Shown here one piece after another: positions 15,528-28,063 of a stretch of DNA of 64,000 bases. Position 1 is the stretch's first letter. Each line of letters begins with the position of its first letter. This DNA is from Adineta vaga (lineage: Eukaryota; Animalia; Rotifera), in NCBI GenBank assembly GCA_021613535.1, contig CP075495.1, forward strand, positions 8,618,001 through 8,682,000, written 5' to 3'. The notes beneath the pieces were generated by a model that did not search any database, was not told the origin of the DNA, and was given only the letters and a program-made list of their open reading frames with translations. The position numbers and the translations under genes were made by a program.

Positions 15528-17868
15528 TTAACAGATTCTATATGGTGCTTGCCATTTCGGACTAGTTACTCGATGAATACCACGACAGTATGTATATAAA
15601 TTCGAATATACATTCAATCGTCGACGATTAGGTGACTGGACAATTCGTCGCCGGACAATTCGTCGCGGACAATTCGTCGCGGACTATTCGTCGCACGGAC
15701 AATTCGTCGCATGGACAATTCGTCGTCAGACAATTCGTCGCAAGAATAATTCGTCGCACGGACAATTCGTCGCATAATTAATTAGTTGGAACAAGATTAA
15801 CATAATATACAGGTAGAGAAGGAGAGAGAGAAATATTTGATAAAAGTGATAAAATATGTGAACCACAAGTAATTATTTTACGAAAATTGAAACATTCTAG
15901 TGGAACAAATGTAACAACAGTTAATTAAAGAAAACATCAATGACTTGAGAAAATTGTTTGCGAGGTTTTTCTGTTCAAGAGGATTTTTGTATGAATTTTC
16001 TAAAACTAGTTAAACAATAAAAATTCTAGATCATTTTGTAATTATACTAAGAACTAGTAGTACTGATTGAGGTCGTAATCTCTTACAATTTTATATGTGA
16101 TGATATTCATTCAATACTACGACCATTGATTTAAACTAATCCGAATTTTTTAAAAAAAAGTCTGGATATTTACCAACAAAACTAAGAATTTTATAACAGA
16201 ATAATAGACGTATTCGATTAAGAAGTCTGAGAAAACTAATCACGTTATTTGTAGAATATTTTTGTAGATTGGATCATTGTATCCAGCGTTATTTGATTTG
16301 AAATATGAAGAAAATTTCAGTTTTGACATCAAATATACATATTCTCTCATAATACGTTAGAAAGATTTTTCCATTTGGAAAGGTTTTCGATAGATTCTTT
16401 TTTGTAGGATTGAAATCTTTATTGTACTTCTTGACAGTTTACCCACAAGTCGGTTTTCTCTTATTTGACAAGCCATCAGAATATTAGATTTGACTTGCTG
16501 TTTCAAACAAGCTCAATAGAAATGGACTTATTCACTCACTAATTCAATAACGTATGTTGTGCTACAGTAATTAATGAGAAAGAATTTTCGACGAATTGTC
16601 TGACGACGAATTGTCCATGCGACGAATAGTCCGTGCGACGAATTGTCTTGCGACGAATTGTCTGTACGACGAATTGTCCGCGACGAATTGTCCGGCGACG
16701 AATTGTCCGGCGACGAATTGTCCTGGTGCCGACGATTAGCCCAGTCACTAAAGCCACTTTTTGATCGAAGAAGTGTGTCACATTCTCCTAAGAAATAAAA
16801 ATCTGATATAACTTTCAGAAAACCGGTATAACGTGTTCTATTCGATTCTCTTCGTTTATCATATCGATCTATATGTATAATTGGACCAGCTATACTTAAC
16901 ACTAGATTATTATTATAATGTTGATAAATATCGTTTTGAATTTTATGCGAATCAGTAGTGATGAATATTGAAGGATATGATTGCCTTAAATTTCGATCGA
17001 TGAATTCAGTCATATCTTGTGCTAAGAATTGTCGAAACGAAAGCTTTTCGTCTTTTGGTATTGTGGGATTTTGTCCAAGACGGATATGCATGCAAAGAAT
17101 GGGTTTATTCAAATTTTGTGAAGTTTTTCTTAACAATGGATCGATGGTATCAATTACAACTGATGTTGGTTTGAAGAGAAGTTCGAATATGAATGGAAAT
17201 ATCGCTTGCTGGGTTAAATGACTGGAATGAATATTAATCTGAGATTTAATCGAACGAAAAAATGGATTTTGTAAGGCTGCTGCAACATAATCACCATTTG
17301 TTGTGAGAAATACTTGATCGTACTTTGCCCATAATTTATTCATATCGATTGTCGAAATGTTCTTATATAGTTGACCAGCGTATGGGTGATGCATTGGATC
17401 TAATTTTAAAGAAGTATTTTGTCGATCAGTACGATACTGCGGTGTCCAATTGATTAGATTTGGTACAAGAAAATGTGATAAATTACAAGGATATTGCATA
17501 TCAATGATAAAACGACGTTCCATTAAAATAGCAAGAATGTATGTAGAAACAATACCACGTATTCGATCACCCCACCCACCACAATATCTCCAGCAAAAAT
17601 AAGTAAGTGTTTGAGTTGAAGTTAATTGAATGTGACGTAGTTTAGTGATATTAATATGAGAAAATTGTTGACCAAGGTAGATGAGACGTTGATTTAATCG
17701 TGCTTTGAATGGAGATATTTCTGTTTCAGATGATGTTTGACTTGTATTCGAACAGATCGTTTTTCCATTGAAATTCATTCGATTAGTATAAAATAAAAGA
17801 CATATGAGAGTGGACAGAGATATTGCTATGAAGGATAAACGATGTATCGAAAAATATCGTACTAACAT
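15528..17868 (-). CDS. Intronless type-II membrane fucosyltransferase-like glycosyltransferase (~410 aa when reconstructed), interrupted near its 3' end by a transposon
   Basis: N-terminal TM, CGGWGDRIRG, CMHIRLG, FITTDS, DFYFLGECD...SGFSDWA (alpha-1,2/1,6-FucT-like motifs). Removing 15631-16730 plus one TSD restores the frame ...WANRRRLNVYSNLYTYCRGIHRVTSPKWQAPYRIC* ending at 15528. Confidence 0.75.
15631..16730. mobile_element. 1100-bp non-autonomous foldback-type DNA transposon (MULE/Rehavkus/Phantom-like) with TIRs built from tandem GGACAATTCGTCGC repeats
   Basis: About 9 repeat units at each end in inverted orientation. GG...CC termini. Direct repeat GACGATTA at 15623-15630 and 16731-16738 (9 bp CGACGATTA if the boundary shifts by one). 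AT-rich interior with no transposase ORF. Superfamily assignment is inference. Confidence 0.9.
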
Positions 17869-19497
17869 TTCTTTTGTTCTAGTATAAGAATGGAAATTTT
17901 ATCACAAATTCTTCTGTCATTGTTTTTCCATTTATTATAATTAATCTACATAAAAAAATATAAAGAAAAAAAATTTCTTCCAGAAACATAATTGAAAAGG
18001 TCGATTTTAGGTACATCAAATGTATAAATAAGTCTACATAGTTCTTTTATGAATACGATATTTGTTTGCTTAGTCACTCATTTTGAAGTAATCTAACGAT
18101 TAACGCTGAATGAAATCAAGGATAAACTATAAATTCATCTAACTTCATTCAATTTAGTGAAAAGACAAAAAATTAAATTTCAGTTCACTAGCAATAGCAA
18201 ACAGAAACATATTTGAAGTATAATCCACTTTCGCTTTGCTGTATTTGTTCAAGCATCCATGATAAATGCTGTTTAAAAGGAAGAAATTTGATTACTTTGA
18301 CGAAGAAGTGCATTATATTCTTTCAATCGAAGTTTAGAAAAACATATAATAAATCTGTCAAATATGTATCTAAAGTATTAATCGAAAAGCATTACATTTG
18401 AATTCAATCTGTTTGTTTCTATACATTCAGATAAAAATTCTGACAAAACAATCAAAGAATAGTTCTTTCAATTTATTAACAGATTCAAATGATATTTTTG
18501 AGCATAATTCTCAGGTTATGAAAATAATTATTACAGCCTATATTATTCGATTTGCTAGTATTTTTAAGTTTAAGTAAACTAATTAGTTGCACTTCTCTGA
18601 AATGGATACTTATAAAGGTGAGACAAAACACGATACAATATTTACCGAACATGGAATGATTCTATAACACATAAAAATAAAAATGAGAACATAGAATGAA
18701 ACATATACAATCATGTTCTTGAGGATAGATATAATCGATTACACACTAATATATGTTAAGTAATACCATAATTTCAACAGTAAATGAATATTAGTAGAAA
18801 GTTTACTTCATAAATATTTTAGTATTTTTAAACCAAGTCGAATAATTATGAGATTTCAGCAATGAAATAGTTAAAGAGTAAGTTGATAAAGGAGAATGAA
18901 TGAATGCATATAATTACAGCAGACTTTTGGTCATAGTCGAAGAGAATAAATATAGTAGGCTTTTCTGTGTTGATTTAGTGCCGTTTATTCAAAATATTAT
19001 AAACGAGATTACATGAATCATCTTGTTTGACTACTGTAGTTCAAACTGTCCATTTCTTCCATTAGGAAGTCATTTTCGAAATCGAATAACTAAAAATGAA
19101 ATCTTTCATTCTATTCCTACTGAGTAAATTTATTGGTTTTGAAATTTACAAGAAAAGCAATTTAAAATTGCTACTTGATACTAAGTGTCATTAAAATACT
19201 TGAATTATTTTTTATTCTTACATACAAAATCAGAGAATAAAGTAAGATTCTCAGTAGGTATAGAGATGGATTTTAAAATGTGTCCGAACGCGTACACCTA
19301 TGTATAATGATTTTTGCAATAAATAATATTTCTTAGTCCAATGAATAGAAGCGAGAAATCCATATCGTTAACATAACGCTCCTTTCTAATTACAGTGAAA
19401 TAGATTAGGTATATACAACTAATACATAGTGAGTAGAGTCTTACTAAAATCTCTAAGTAATCTTGATTTTCCTATCAAATATCTTTTTATTGAAGAT

Positions 19498-20091
19498 ATG
19501 AAAATCCGAATATATTATATATTATATATTATTATTACTTGCTTAACAATTCTTCATATCATTGTCAATTTATATATCTATCGGAAATTTTCCTCACTTT
19601 ATTCTTTAAAACGTCAATCATTGTACATAATAATTGGTTGCAATGTTCATTCTGACACTGTACTAATTGAATCTTCAAAATCATCAATAAAATCGACTAT
19701 CTGTATTGATCTTTTGTTGAATGATGAAAAAGAAAACATCAAATATTCTTCACAATATGATATTCAAACAATTTATCAGCCATTATTCGTGATTGTTCTC
19801 GATGAAGAAAATAAACCGGTGACAAATATTACAGTTCATATAAAATTATTCGATTATTCATCAATTACTTTTGCACATTATACGAATGATTTTGGTGAAG
19901 TAAATTTCCATCATTTATCACGAGATCTTCATGGATTCATCGAAGCTATTTGCCCACTTTCCAAACGTTATGCGTCAATCGAAATAAAGGATACTTATCA
20001 CGTTGAAAATATAACTCTGGTATTAAAAGAACTTTCATCAATCGATTATGAAGAATATGATCCAATGGATCGAGGTTATTACGCTATTTAA
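19498..20091 (+). CDS. Uncharacterised single-pass membrane protein with a carboxypeptidase-regulatory/prealbumin-like beta domain
   Basis: Intronless ORF from ATG 19498. N-terminal hydrophobic helix. VIVLDEENKPVTNITVHI...TNDFGEVNFHHL fits the V.D....PV....V...T...G...F..L pattern. Confidence 0.55.
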   Translation: MKIRIYYILYIIITCLTILHIIVNLYIYRKFSSLYSLKRQSLYIIIGCNVHSDTVLIESSKSSIKSTICIDLLLNDEKENIKYSSQYDIQTIYQPLFVIVLDEENKPVTNITVHIKLFDYSSITFAHYTNDFGEVNFHHLSRDLHGFIEAICPLSKRYASIEIKDTYHVENITLVLKELSSIDYEEYDPMDRGYYAI

Positions 20092-20202
20092 AAACAAATT
20101 ATCTTGTATACCTTTGTCAAAGACATGATTTTGCTGAATTAAAACTTTTCTAATCTATTTTATAAGTAAACTGTTCTTTTGAATTACATTTAAAAAGAAA
20201 TT

Positions 20203-23200
20203 TCATACATTCGAAGTATTCGTAGAGAGCAATCTTTGAACAAGATTATTCTTGTCATTGGTTTGTGGTAACTCAAGTGTATTTGAAACGTTTGTTTTTC
20301 GTTCTATACGATCTACATTTGCTGCTTGAGATAAACGACGTATTCGTTGTTGTTGTAATGGCCAATAATCAACATTATTTAATTTTTCATCAAAATCAAT
20401 TCCAGTTATAGATATTCTTAAATTTCTTCGCATGACTTCACGTATATTTTCGTTTAAATGAATTGAATCAAGTTTTGCTTTGACTAAAAATTCCAGAAAA
20501 GCAATGACCATTGCACTACCAAGACCAATAATTAATACATAAAACATTCCAGCAACATTTGCTAAATTCAATGCTGTACTTTGTTTAGAATCTTTACTTT
20601 TCGAATTTGTACATTCACTTCTTTCATAATACCATTTTTGTTTTAAACTTGCAAGAAAACCATTTTCAGTTAATTCTAAAACAGCAATATTTATTGCTTC
20701 ACGAAGATCGGAACCAAGTGGTGTACCAATTCCATAACCTTTCGCATCAATATTTTCTCCAATACGCATGGTATCACATGGTAAACGTTCATTAACATAT
20801 TCATTTAATGTTGATTCCAAAAGAAATGCAAATTTACCTTTCGATCGTCGAACTTTTTCAATACCTTCACGATTGGATGTCACGAATACATCATCCTTAC
20901 GTTGTTGCATAAAATTCCACATACGTTTAAATATGGGAATTGTTGATTTATTAAAAAACGACATTGTTGAACCACCTTTCAATGTTCCATAGTAAATTTC
21001 CGTTTGTTTTGATAGATCTTCAACAGTTTCGATTGGTGTTACTAATTTTTCTACAGTTAAAAAGGCAGCTAAATTAGCAGTATAAGATGAAACAAGAATT
21101 AAACTAAAAAACCACCAAGCACTTGTCACTACTCGACCTATCGAATGCAAAACAAATTAATCATCAATTTCAGTTGACAAATGTATTCATACCTGACATT
21201 GATCGTGGTAAAAGATCAACACCTTGATGCATAAAAGCCGCAAAAGAGAAAAATAATGAATTTTGTAATGAAAATTTATTTCGTGGACGAGCATCAGATT
21301 CATTTTCAAAATACCATTCATAAGCAGAAAATCGACTAACAAGAAATAAGATCAAACTAATTAATAAATAGGAAAGAATAACACAAATCCAAATTTCTGT
21401 CGATAATGGATCCATAAATGAAAATACGCCAGGTTTTTGTTTCTCAGGTTTACGTATCATTATTGATATACCTAATTCAATAAATGGTTTAGAAAAATCT
21501 ACTGCTTTTTCTCGTGCACCATTGATTGTTAATGATGCTATTGATAGATCAGCTTTACGATTCACTAATGCACCAACCATACCATCCCAATCACCTTTTT
21601 CAATTTCATTTCCATATTTTGTTTCAATGAGAAATTTGTAAGGTAAATTTAATTTTTCATGACATATTGCATAGGCTAAATCAACACAATAACCTTCGAC
21701 ACGAGATGGATCAAGAATAGTGCCAGGTGCTATACTTTTCTCCGTTAATGTATCGTTAAAATTTCGTTTTAACATCATAAATGGTTCATCGAATATAGTA
21801 ACAATTAAACGTGTTCGATTATCGAATATGATTCGTGAACGATATGTTGAATTATCAGATATCTAAGAAGAAAAAGAAAAAAACTAAGTTCAAATCAATC
21901 GAATCTAATCTATACCTGTAATATATTTGGTGTTTGAAAAAATCCAATATGACTCGGCATTTCATTTCCTGTAACACGATACACATCAAATGTATAATTA
22001 ATTCGTTGACCAGTTATATTCGAAAATTGTATATAGCCTGTTAAACCTTGAAACTGTGTATCAAGTAAATATTTTAAATAGATATCTCCTGATGACCATG
22101 CTTGAATTTGTTTAGTTCGACAATTAATTCCTGGTGTTAAATCATTATAAAATTTTCCTTGTCGATAAACTTTAAGTTTTTCTCGAATATTATCCGAAGC
22201 AATTAACATTCGATTAATTGTGCGTAATAATGTTTCCCATGCATCGGCTAATAATAACGATTCAGTTGTAAGAAGATTCTTCTCTTTTAATTGTTGAATA
22301 TATTTTTCATTTGTTTGATTATTAGAATAAGATGGTAACGTAAAATAAGTAACATTAACACCACCATAACGAAAATAAGTCATATCAAGATATTCTGCAT
22401 TTAAAGAAAGTAATATATAATGATAATCTGATGTTGTCATACCACGATGTTTGATTTTATCCATAACAATATGATAGGTAGAAAATGTTTGAAAATCTAA
22501 AACAATATAACGACCAGAAGTTCTTCGATTCGAATTCATTGATGGTAAGACACGTCGAGATCTATCGGTAATATATTCAACATTTTGTAGTAGATCATAG
22601 GAATCATCTGGATCATCTAGAAATCGACTGTAGATTTTGAAATTTTGTGTAGAACTGAATGTTTGAATTTGCATTAATTGTTTTAAACGATAAGCACCAT
22701 GTGAACCATCATAAATATAAACAAGATCAGTTATTTGATAACGACGTATCAATGCTATTAACGCTGGAATTAGATCAGGCATGAATGAAATTGAAAAATT
22801 ATTTTTTAGAAAATTATAATTATTCGTTAAACTTAGAAATGGTACTTGATACGACGAACAAAAATCTGATATCCAATCAAAATCATCAATATCTATATGA
22901 CCGATTAATGACATAATACCGTTTGATAATTGATCGCATAATGTTGTCCATGTATCAATATTTGTATTATTCAAATCTAAGATATTAAAGATTTCAGTTA
23001 TATTATATTGAAAACGTCGTTCAAGTTTATTGAAAATATATTGACGAGCTAATGGATTTATTTGCATATAAAATTCACGATCTGGTCCATAAAACATTGA
23101 ACCTAGAGAATAAATTTTTGTTTAGTAGATTTATTTTTTGTTAAAAAGATTTTCAACTCTTACCAACTGGTATATTTAAAATCATTTCAACAAATTTTAT

Positions 23201-23239
23201 ATGTACAAAAGAAATAAATATTATTGAATTGAAATGCAT
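20203..23239 (-). CDS. Ionotropic glutamate receptor, AMPA/kainate-like (ATD, S1, M1-M3, S2, M4)
   Basis: Four exons. [84 protein letters not shown]. Confidence 0.95.
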
Positions 23240-23941
23240 AGATAAGAAATAAAAGGAAAAATATTTTGAACTTAGTTCTTCTTCTTTTTTTTCTGTTCTC
23301 TCTATCGTTAAGATGCTGTCAAGAACATGAAATGCGATCGTCGCATGTTTTATTCCGCTAGATTAGTGCTCATCATATGAATATAGTTCTTTTCTATGTC
23401 GATTTGATGCGATAAGAGAATTCAATACTATCTTGCGTTCGTTCTTGTCAACCAATGCATCATCAAGTAACAACATAAGAAAAGAAAATCCAGTTATTAT
23501 TATTAATATATTTCTTTAAGTAGCTGCTTTACTCAGCACACAAATCCTTCTCTTTTCTCTCCTATACAATCCATTATCATTGAAGTAGAACACTTATCGA
23601 ATCATTTTTGTTCTCTTCGTCGTCGTCGTCTTCTTCTTCTTCTTCTTTCTTGTGTGCTTAGCCACTTTAGTGATTGATCATCAAAGGAACAATATTTTTC
23701 ATTGTGAACAAGAAAAAAAAATCCTCATAAATTAGTTCTTGCATATAAACGAGATATCTTCTCTCTTTTATCTCTTATTTATTGACATTTACTAAGCATA
23801 TGTTTTAAATGATATTAAATCAATGTGACACTAAATTTCTATTCAATTATGTCGTTTCAATTCCCCAAAGAGTAAAAAAAAAAGAAAAACAATAAATATC
23901 ACACAAAATTAAAATCAAACAATGATGAATTCATTTGTTCT

Positions 23942-26238
23942 TTACATCACTGATGATGAGTCGGGTGTTATACCAATAGCAACCGTTGATGTATTATCAT
24001 CATTGATCGATTTTCTTTTAATATCAGTTAACAATGGAATATTTGTTGCACATTGTTTGAATGTGGCATCATAAATGACACTGATTAAACTATGAATCAT
24101 TCCTAGAGACAATTTTCTTTATTTAAAATGAAACTTAAATTATTAATTTCATTACCTGATGTAGCATAAACTCCACCGAAAATACCAGCAATTTCAACTA
24201 ATAATAACAAATAAGATCGATGAACTTCTTTGACAGCTATTTTCAAAGGACTAATTTCATATCGAATAAATATTCCGGGAATACCATGACTACCGCTTAC
24301 ATGATTGACATTTCTAGTCTGAATGAAATTAAACATTATTGAATAATTTTATTCGACAGATTGAATACCTTTTCTGTGACAGCATATTGATATGTTTCAA
24401 CATCTGCATAACTCGTCTGTACAGCAGTTGGGACAACTTCAAGAAAATATTGAAAAATTTGTGAACCTTTTAAGAGGAAACTTTTTATAGATTAAATCAA
24501 TCGATTAACGAATATGCTTTTGTTTACTTGTATTTGCTATTTTTAAATCACCATTCAATGGTTGAATGAGACCTGGTGTTGGTAATCCAAATGACAGATG
24601 ATCAATTCGATGTGAAAAATTCAATGCTAAAATCATTGATAGAATTTTTACTAATCTAATTATAGAAACATTCACCAACCCGTATTCTGTGTTCCCATTG
24701 GACTTATATGTGCATGAGCGCCCATAAATGAAAATGCTCTAGATAATTAGAAAATGAAAACATACGATACCAATAACCCGAAGAAAAACAACCGATAATT
24801 AATGAATAGCTTATGAAAATACTCGAGAATAAAACATGCCTTCAATTTGAGCGAGATATTGAATATTAAGAGAATGACTATGTCTTGAATCTTCATGAAA
24901 ATCTTTCTGATCGAATCTGTTAGCAATAGATTTGTATGAAATAACGACAACTTTTATTAAATAAAAAAAAGAAGAAAATTATAACATACTTTCCAAGAAT
25001 GATATGGAAATTGCCAGCAAGTTTATTGACTTCCAATGTACCATGAAGTCGACATGCATCATGTGGTCGATTTAATTTCACTTCTCTAAAACGAACAATT
25101 TGATTGTTCTGTTAATAATTTACTTATTCATCTAATCAACGAGAATCTCTTGAAGAAGAAAAACTGAATTCATTCTTTTGTTTCTATTTATAGAATTTGG
25201 AAAACGACTTTTTTAACTTCGAGAGATCAACATTGCTAGAAGCTATATAGAAATTTATACGAAGAAGTAGGTTATTAAGTCTATCTATCGAACGATATGA
25301 CATCTTTTGTCGTTAGAAACGGTTAATTGAATTTTGTAATCAAATTATCTACTGTTCATTTTCTCGGCTGTCAGAACAATTATTTTGAATACTACAATAA
25401 GCCATTCTTTATTGAGATAAATTATTGAATTGGAAAAGATCGAAAGTAAAATTCGATGCTACTATGTAAATACAAACCTTTCAGGTAATTGTTCAAGTGT
25501 ATGACCATTTAACCAAAGTAAATCGTGAATAGCATGATATTGTTCGCGTAACATTTGATAACCCAATTGTAAACGATTAAAAGCGAGTTTTTGCTGAGGA
25601 GATAATTCAAACCATGTATCTTCTTCATTTAATTTACCACTAATAAACAAGAAAATGAGGAAAATGATTATCTAAGCAGAAAAATGATTACCTTTCCATT
25701 GGATTTGTATTAGTAATATCGAGTACATCAGAGCCAATTACTAATAAATCAAATTAAGAATAAGAATAACTGATTCGTGCTTCTTTTTTTCTACGGTTAT
25801 AGAGAGAAAATCAGTCATCCTGAAATACTCTATGTAAATAGTACAGTTTATATTGTACTATTGTTCTTACAAAGTATTCACTATTATTATTATTATTATA
25901 GATTTACCTGAACAACCCATTGCAATAGTCATATCAACATTAATTTTTAATTTACTATCATGATCCCAATCTACATCATAATCGTATCTGAGTGTATTAG
26001 TTTGAAATGTAGCAATATGTATAATACTAAGACAGATTACAACAATAATTGTGATAATTGAAACTACATATAACATAAACATAATAAACTTTCATTTTAC
26101 ATAGATAAAATCAAGCTTACTCGTTCCACCTGTATTTGTTGGTTGTTTAAAATCATTTTCAACTTTAACAAATGCATCTAATTCACGTACTATTTCAATA
26201 GGTATAATCGGTTTTCGGCGTTGTCTAATAGTAGTCAT
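23942..26238 (-). CDS. ERGIC2: ER-Golgi intermediate compartment protein 2 (Erv41 homolog)
   Basis: VRELDAFVKV...TGGT, KLKINVDMTIAMGC, FELSPQQK, ACRLHGTLEVNKLAGNFHI, NFSHRIDHLSFG, QYFLEVVPT, GIPGIFIRYEISP. Multi-exon. Confidence 0.88.
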
Positions 26239-26269
26239 CTAAAAAAACATGAAATTAACATTCGAATTT

Positions 26270-27260
26270 TTATTCAACAATTACTATTGCTTTATTTGAT
26301 TCATTTGATGAAATATGTATTAAACGTTTACTAGAAGTGTGAGAAAGTTTGGAAGAAAAATACTTTAGATTTTCTTTTTGATTATTAATATCAAAAAATA
26401 AAAGAGTCTGATTGAAACCAGTAACATATTTCGTTGTATTTTCAATTTGACATGATTTTAGTAGACGACGACGACTAGGAATGTTTTCTATAAGACATAT
26501 TTCATTTGCTGAACGTATATCCCATAGATTAATTCTATCTGACTTTTGTTCAGAATTATAATTGATTGAAATCAAATGATTACCATCTGATGTAAATGTC
26601 AATTGTTCAATGTTTGATGAAGATTTAAAAATACGTGCTGGTTGTGCTTGATCAAGTGACCAGAGAATGATTAAACCATCGTTTGAACCAGATGCTAAAT
26701 ATTTACCATTGGGATGAAATGAAAGAGTATTGATATCATCGGTATGATAGATAAATGTTCGAAGAATATTTAATCGTTCTGATGTCCAAAGACGAACAGT
26801 CCGATCCATAGAACCAGATGCAAAACGATCAGATTTCGAATGTACAGATAAACACCAGACAGGTGAAAGATGAGATCGATAGATTGTAATACAATGAGAA
26901 GAAAATGAACGCCATAGACGTATATCATTATCAGCTGAACATGAGAGAATATAACTTTCATTTGGATCATAATAACAAATGTCAGAGATAAGCTTTGTAT
27001 GACCTAAAAAAAGAGATTCTTCAACTAGATAAGTTATTTGAATCTATCTTTTAAGATTTTGTATACGATGAATATTACAAACCTCTTAATTCAATATATT
27101 TGGAGTTATTTTCATTCAATGATGATAATGGCTGTGTTTGGTAGATAATGCCTTGATCTGTTCCACAGACAATTTCTTTTCGATTATTAATATCTGCACA
27201 TGTCAACCATTCATTTTCATTTCGATTTGTTAGATGATGAGTCGAAATCTCTGGTAACAT
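26270..27260 (-). CDS. WD40 repeat protein resembling the C-terminal propeller of TAF5/TAF5L
   Basis: Two exons. LSCSADNDIRLW, YRSHLSPVWCL, FASGSMDRTVRLW, HTDDINTLSFHPNGKYLASGSNDGLIILW follow the TAF5-type WD order. No N-terminal NTD2 domain. Confidence 0.7.
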
Positions 27261-27421
27261 GAAAATTCTATAAACGAAAAATAATCTAAAATCTTCAAAA
27301 TATTCAGCAGGAATAGGGCGAAATCATTTTTTACTAGTCCAATAGACATTAAAAAAGAAGAAACAAACGTTGACAAAAAATGTCTAATGACTAAAAACTA
27401 GGAACATGTTTCTAATTAGGA

Positions 27422-28063
27422 TCAATGTGAATCAGCTTGTGCTGATGTTTTAGCTGAGAGTGGATCAACAAATGTATGTTGTTCCGGTGCTTCTTTTGTC
27501 GTTGTTGACGCATTTTCTTGTGTATAATAAATTCCTAATGATTGTTCACGATGTTGTTGAACACATTTCATAAATTTTTCAGCAATCGATGAACAGGTTA
27601 AAACTTGTTTTGGATTAGCTAAATAACATTGTTCAATTTCTGAACGTTCTATTTCACAGATCGGTGAATAGATATATTTGGAAAATTTCTTTTCAACTTT
27701 CTCAATTTCAGCAGCTAAATTTTCTTTTGTTAAGTTTAATTTTTCACGATTAGTTCGTTCTTGTTCAAGAAGTTTTTCTTTATATTCTTGTCTTAAACGT
27801 TGTAATTCAGTATCATTCACAGATGATGCTAAAGCACGCCATGTTTCTACACTTCCATTGGTATCAATGGTTGGTAATGGAACATTCGTAGCCGATGGTT
27901 TCAAAGGTGATGCTGAAGAAATTCCTGGTGTTCGTGTACTTGTTGCTTGTGGAATATCTTTACCAACCGATGATTGAAGTTGTTGTAAAGCAGCTTCAGT
28001 CATTAAAAGTTGGTTTTCAAAAGAAATATTTCTTGGTGGTTCTTTTGTCCCATTTGCTCCCAT
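27422..28063 (-). CDS. CHCHD3: MICOS subunit MIC19/CHCHD3-like
   Basis: MG- myristoylation-type start, coiled coil, twin CX9C CHCH domain (PICEIERSEIEQCYLANPKQVLTCSSIAEKFMKCV). Intronless CDS. Confidence 0.82.
   Translation of the reverse strand: MGANGTKEPPRNISFENQLLMTEAALQQLQSSVGKDIPQATSTRTPGISSASPLKPSATNVPLPTIDTNGSVETWRALASSVNDTELQRLRQEYKEKLLEQERTNREKLNLTKENLAAEIEKVEKKFSKYIYSPICEIERSEIEQCYLANPKQVLTCSSIAEKFMKCVQQHREQSLGIYYTQENASTTTKEAPEQHTFVDPLSAKTSAQADSH

Noticed and set aside
15638-15775. Tandem GGACAATTCGTCGC array as a CRISPR array or telomere-like repeat
   Set aside because: Units are contiguous with no unique spacers, are mirrored at 16585-16723, and are flanked by a TSD, so they are transposon TIRs.
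16539-16781. 80-aa TIRRR-repeat ORF
   Set aside because: Alternative-frame translation of the transposon TIR.
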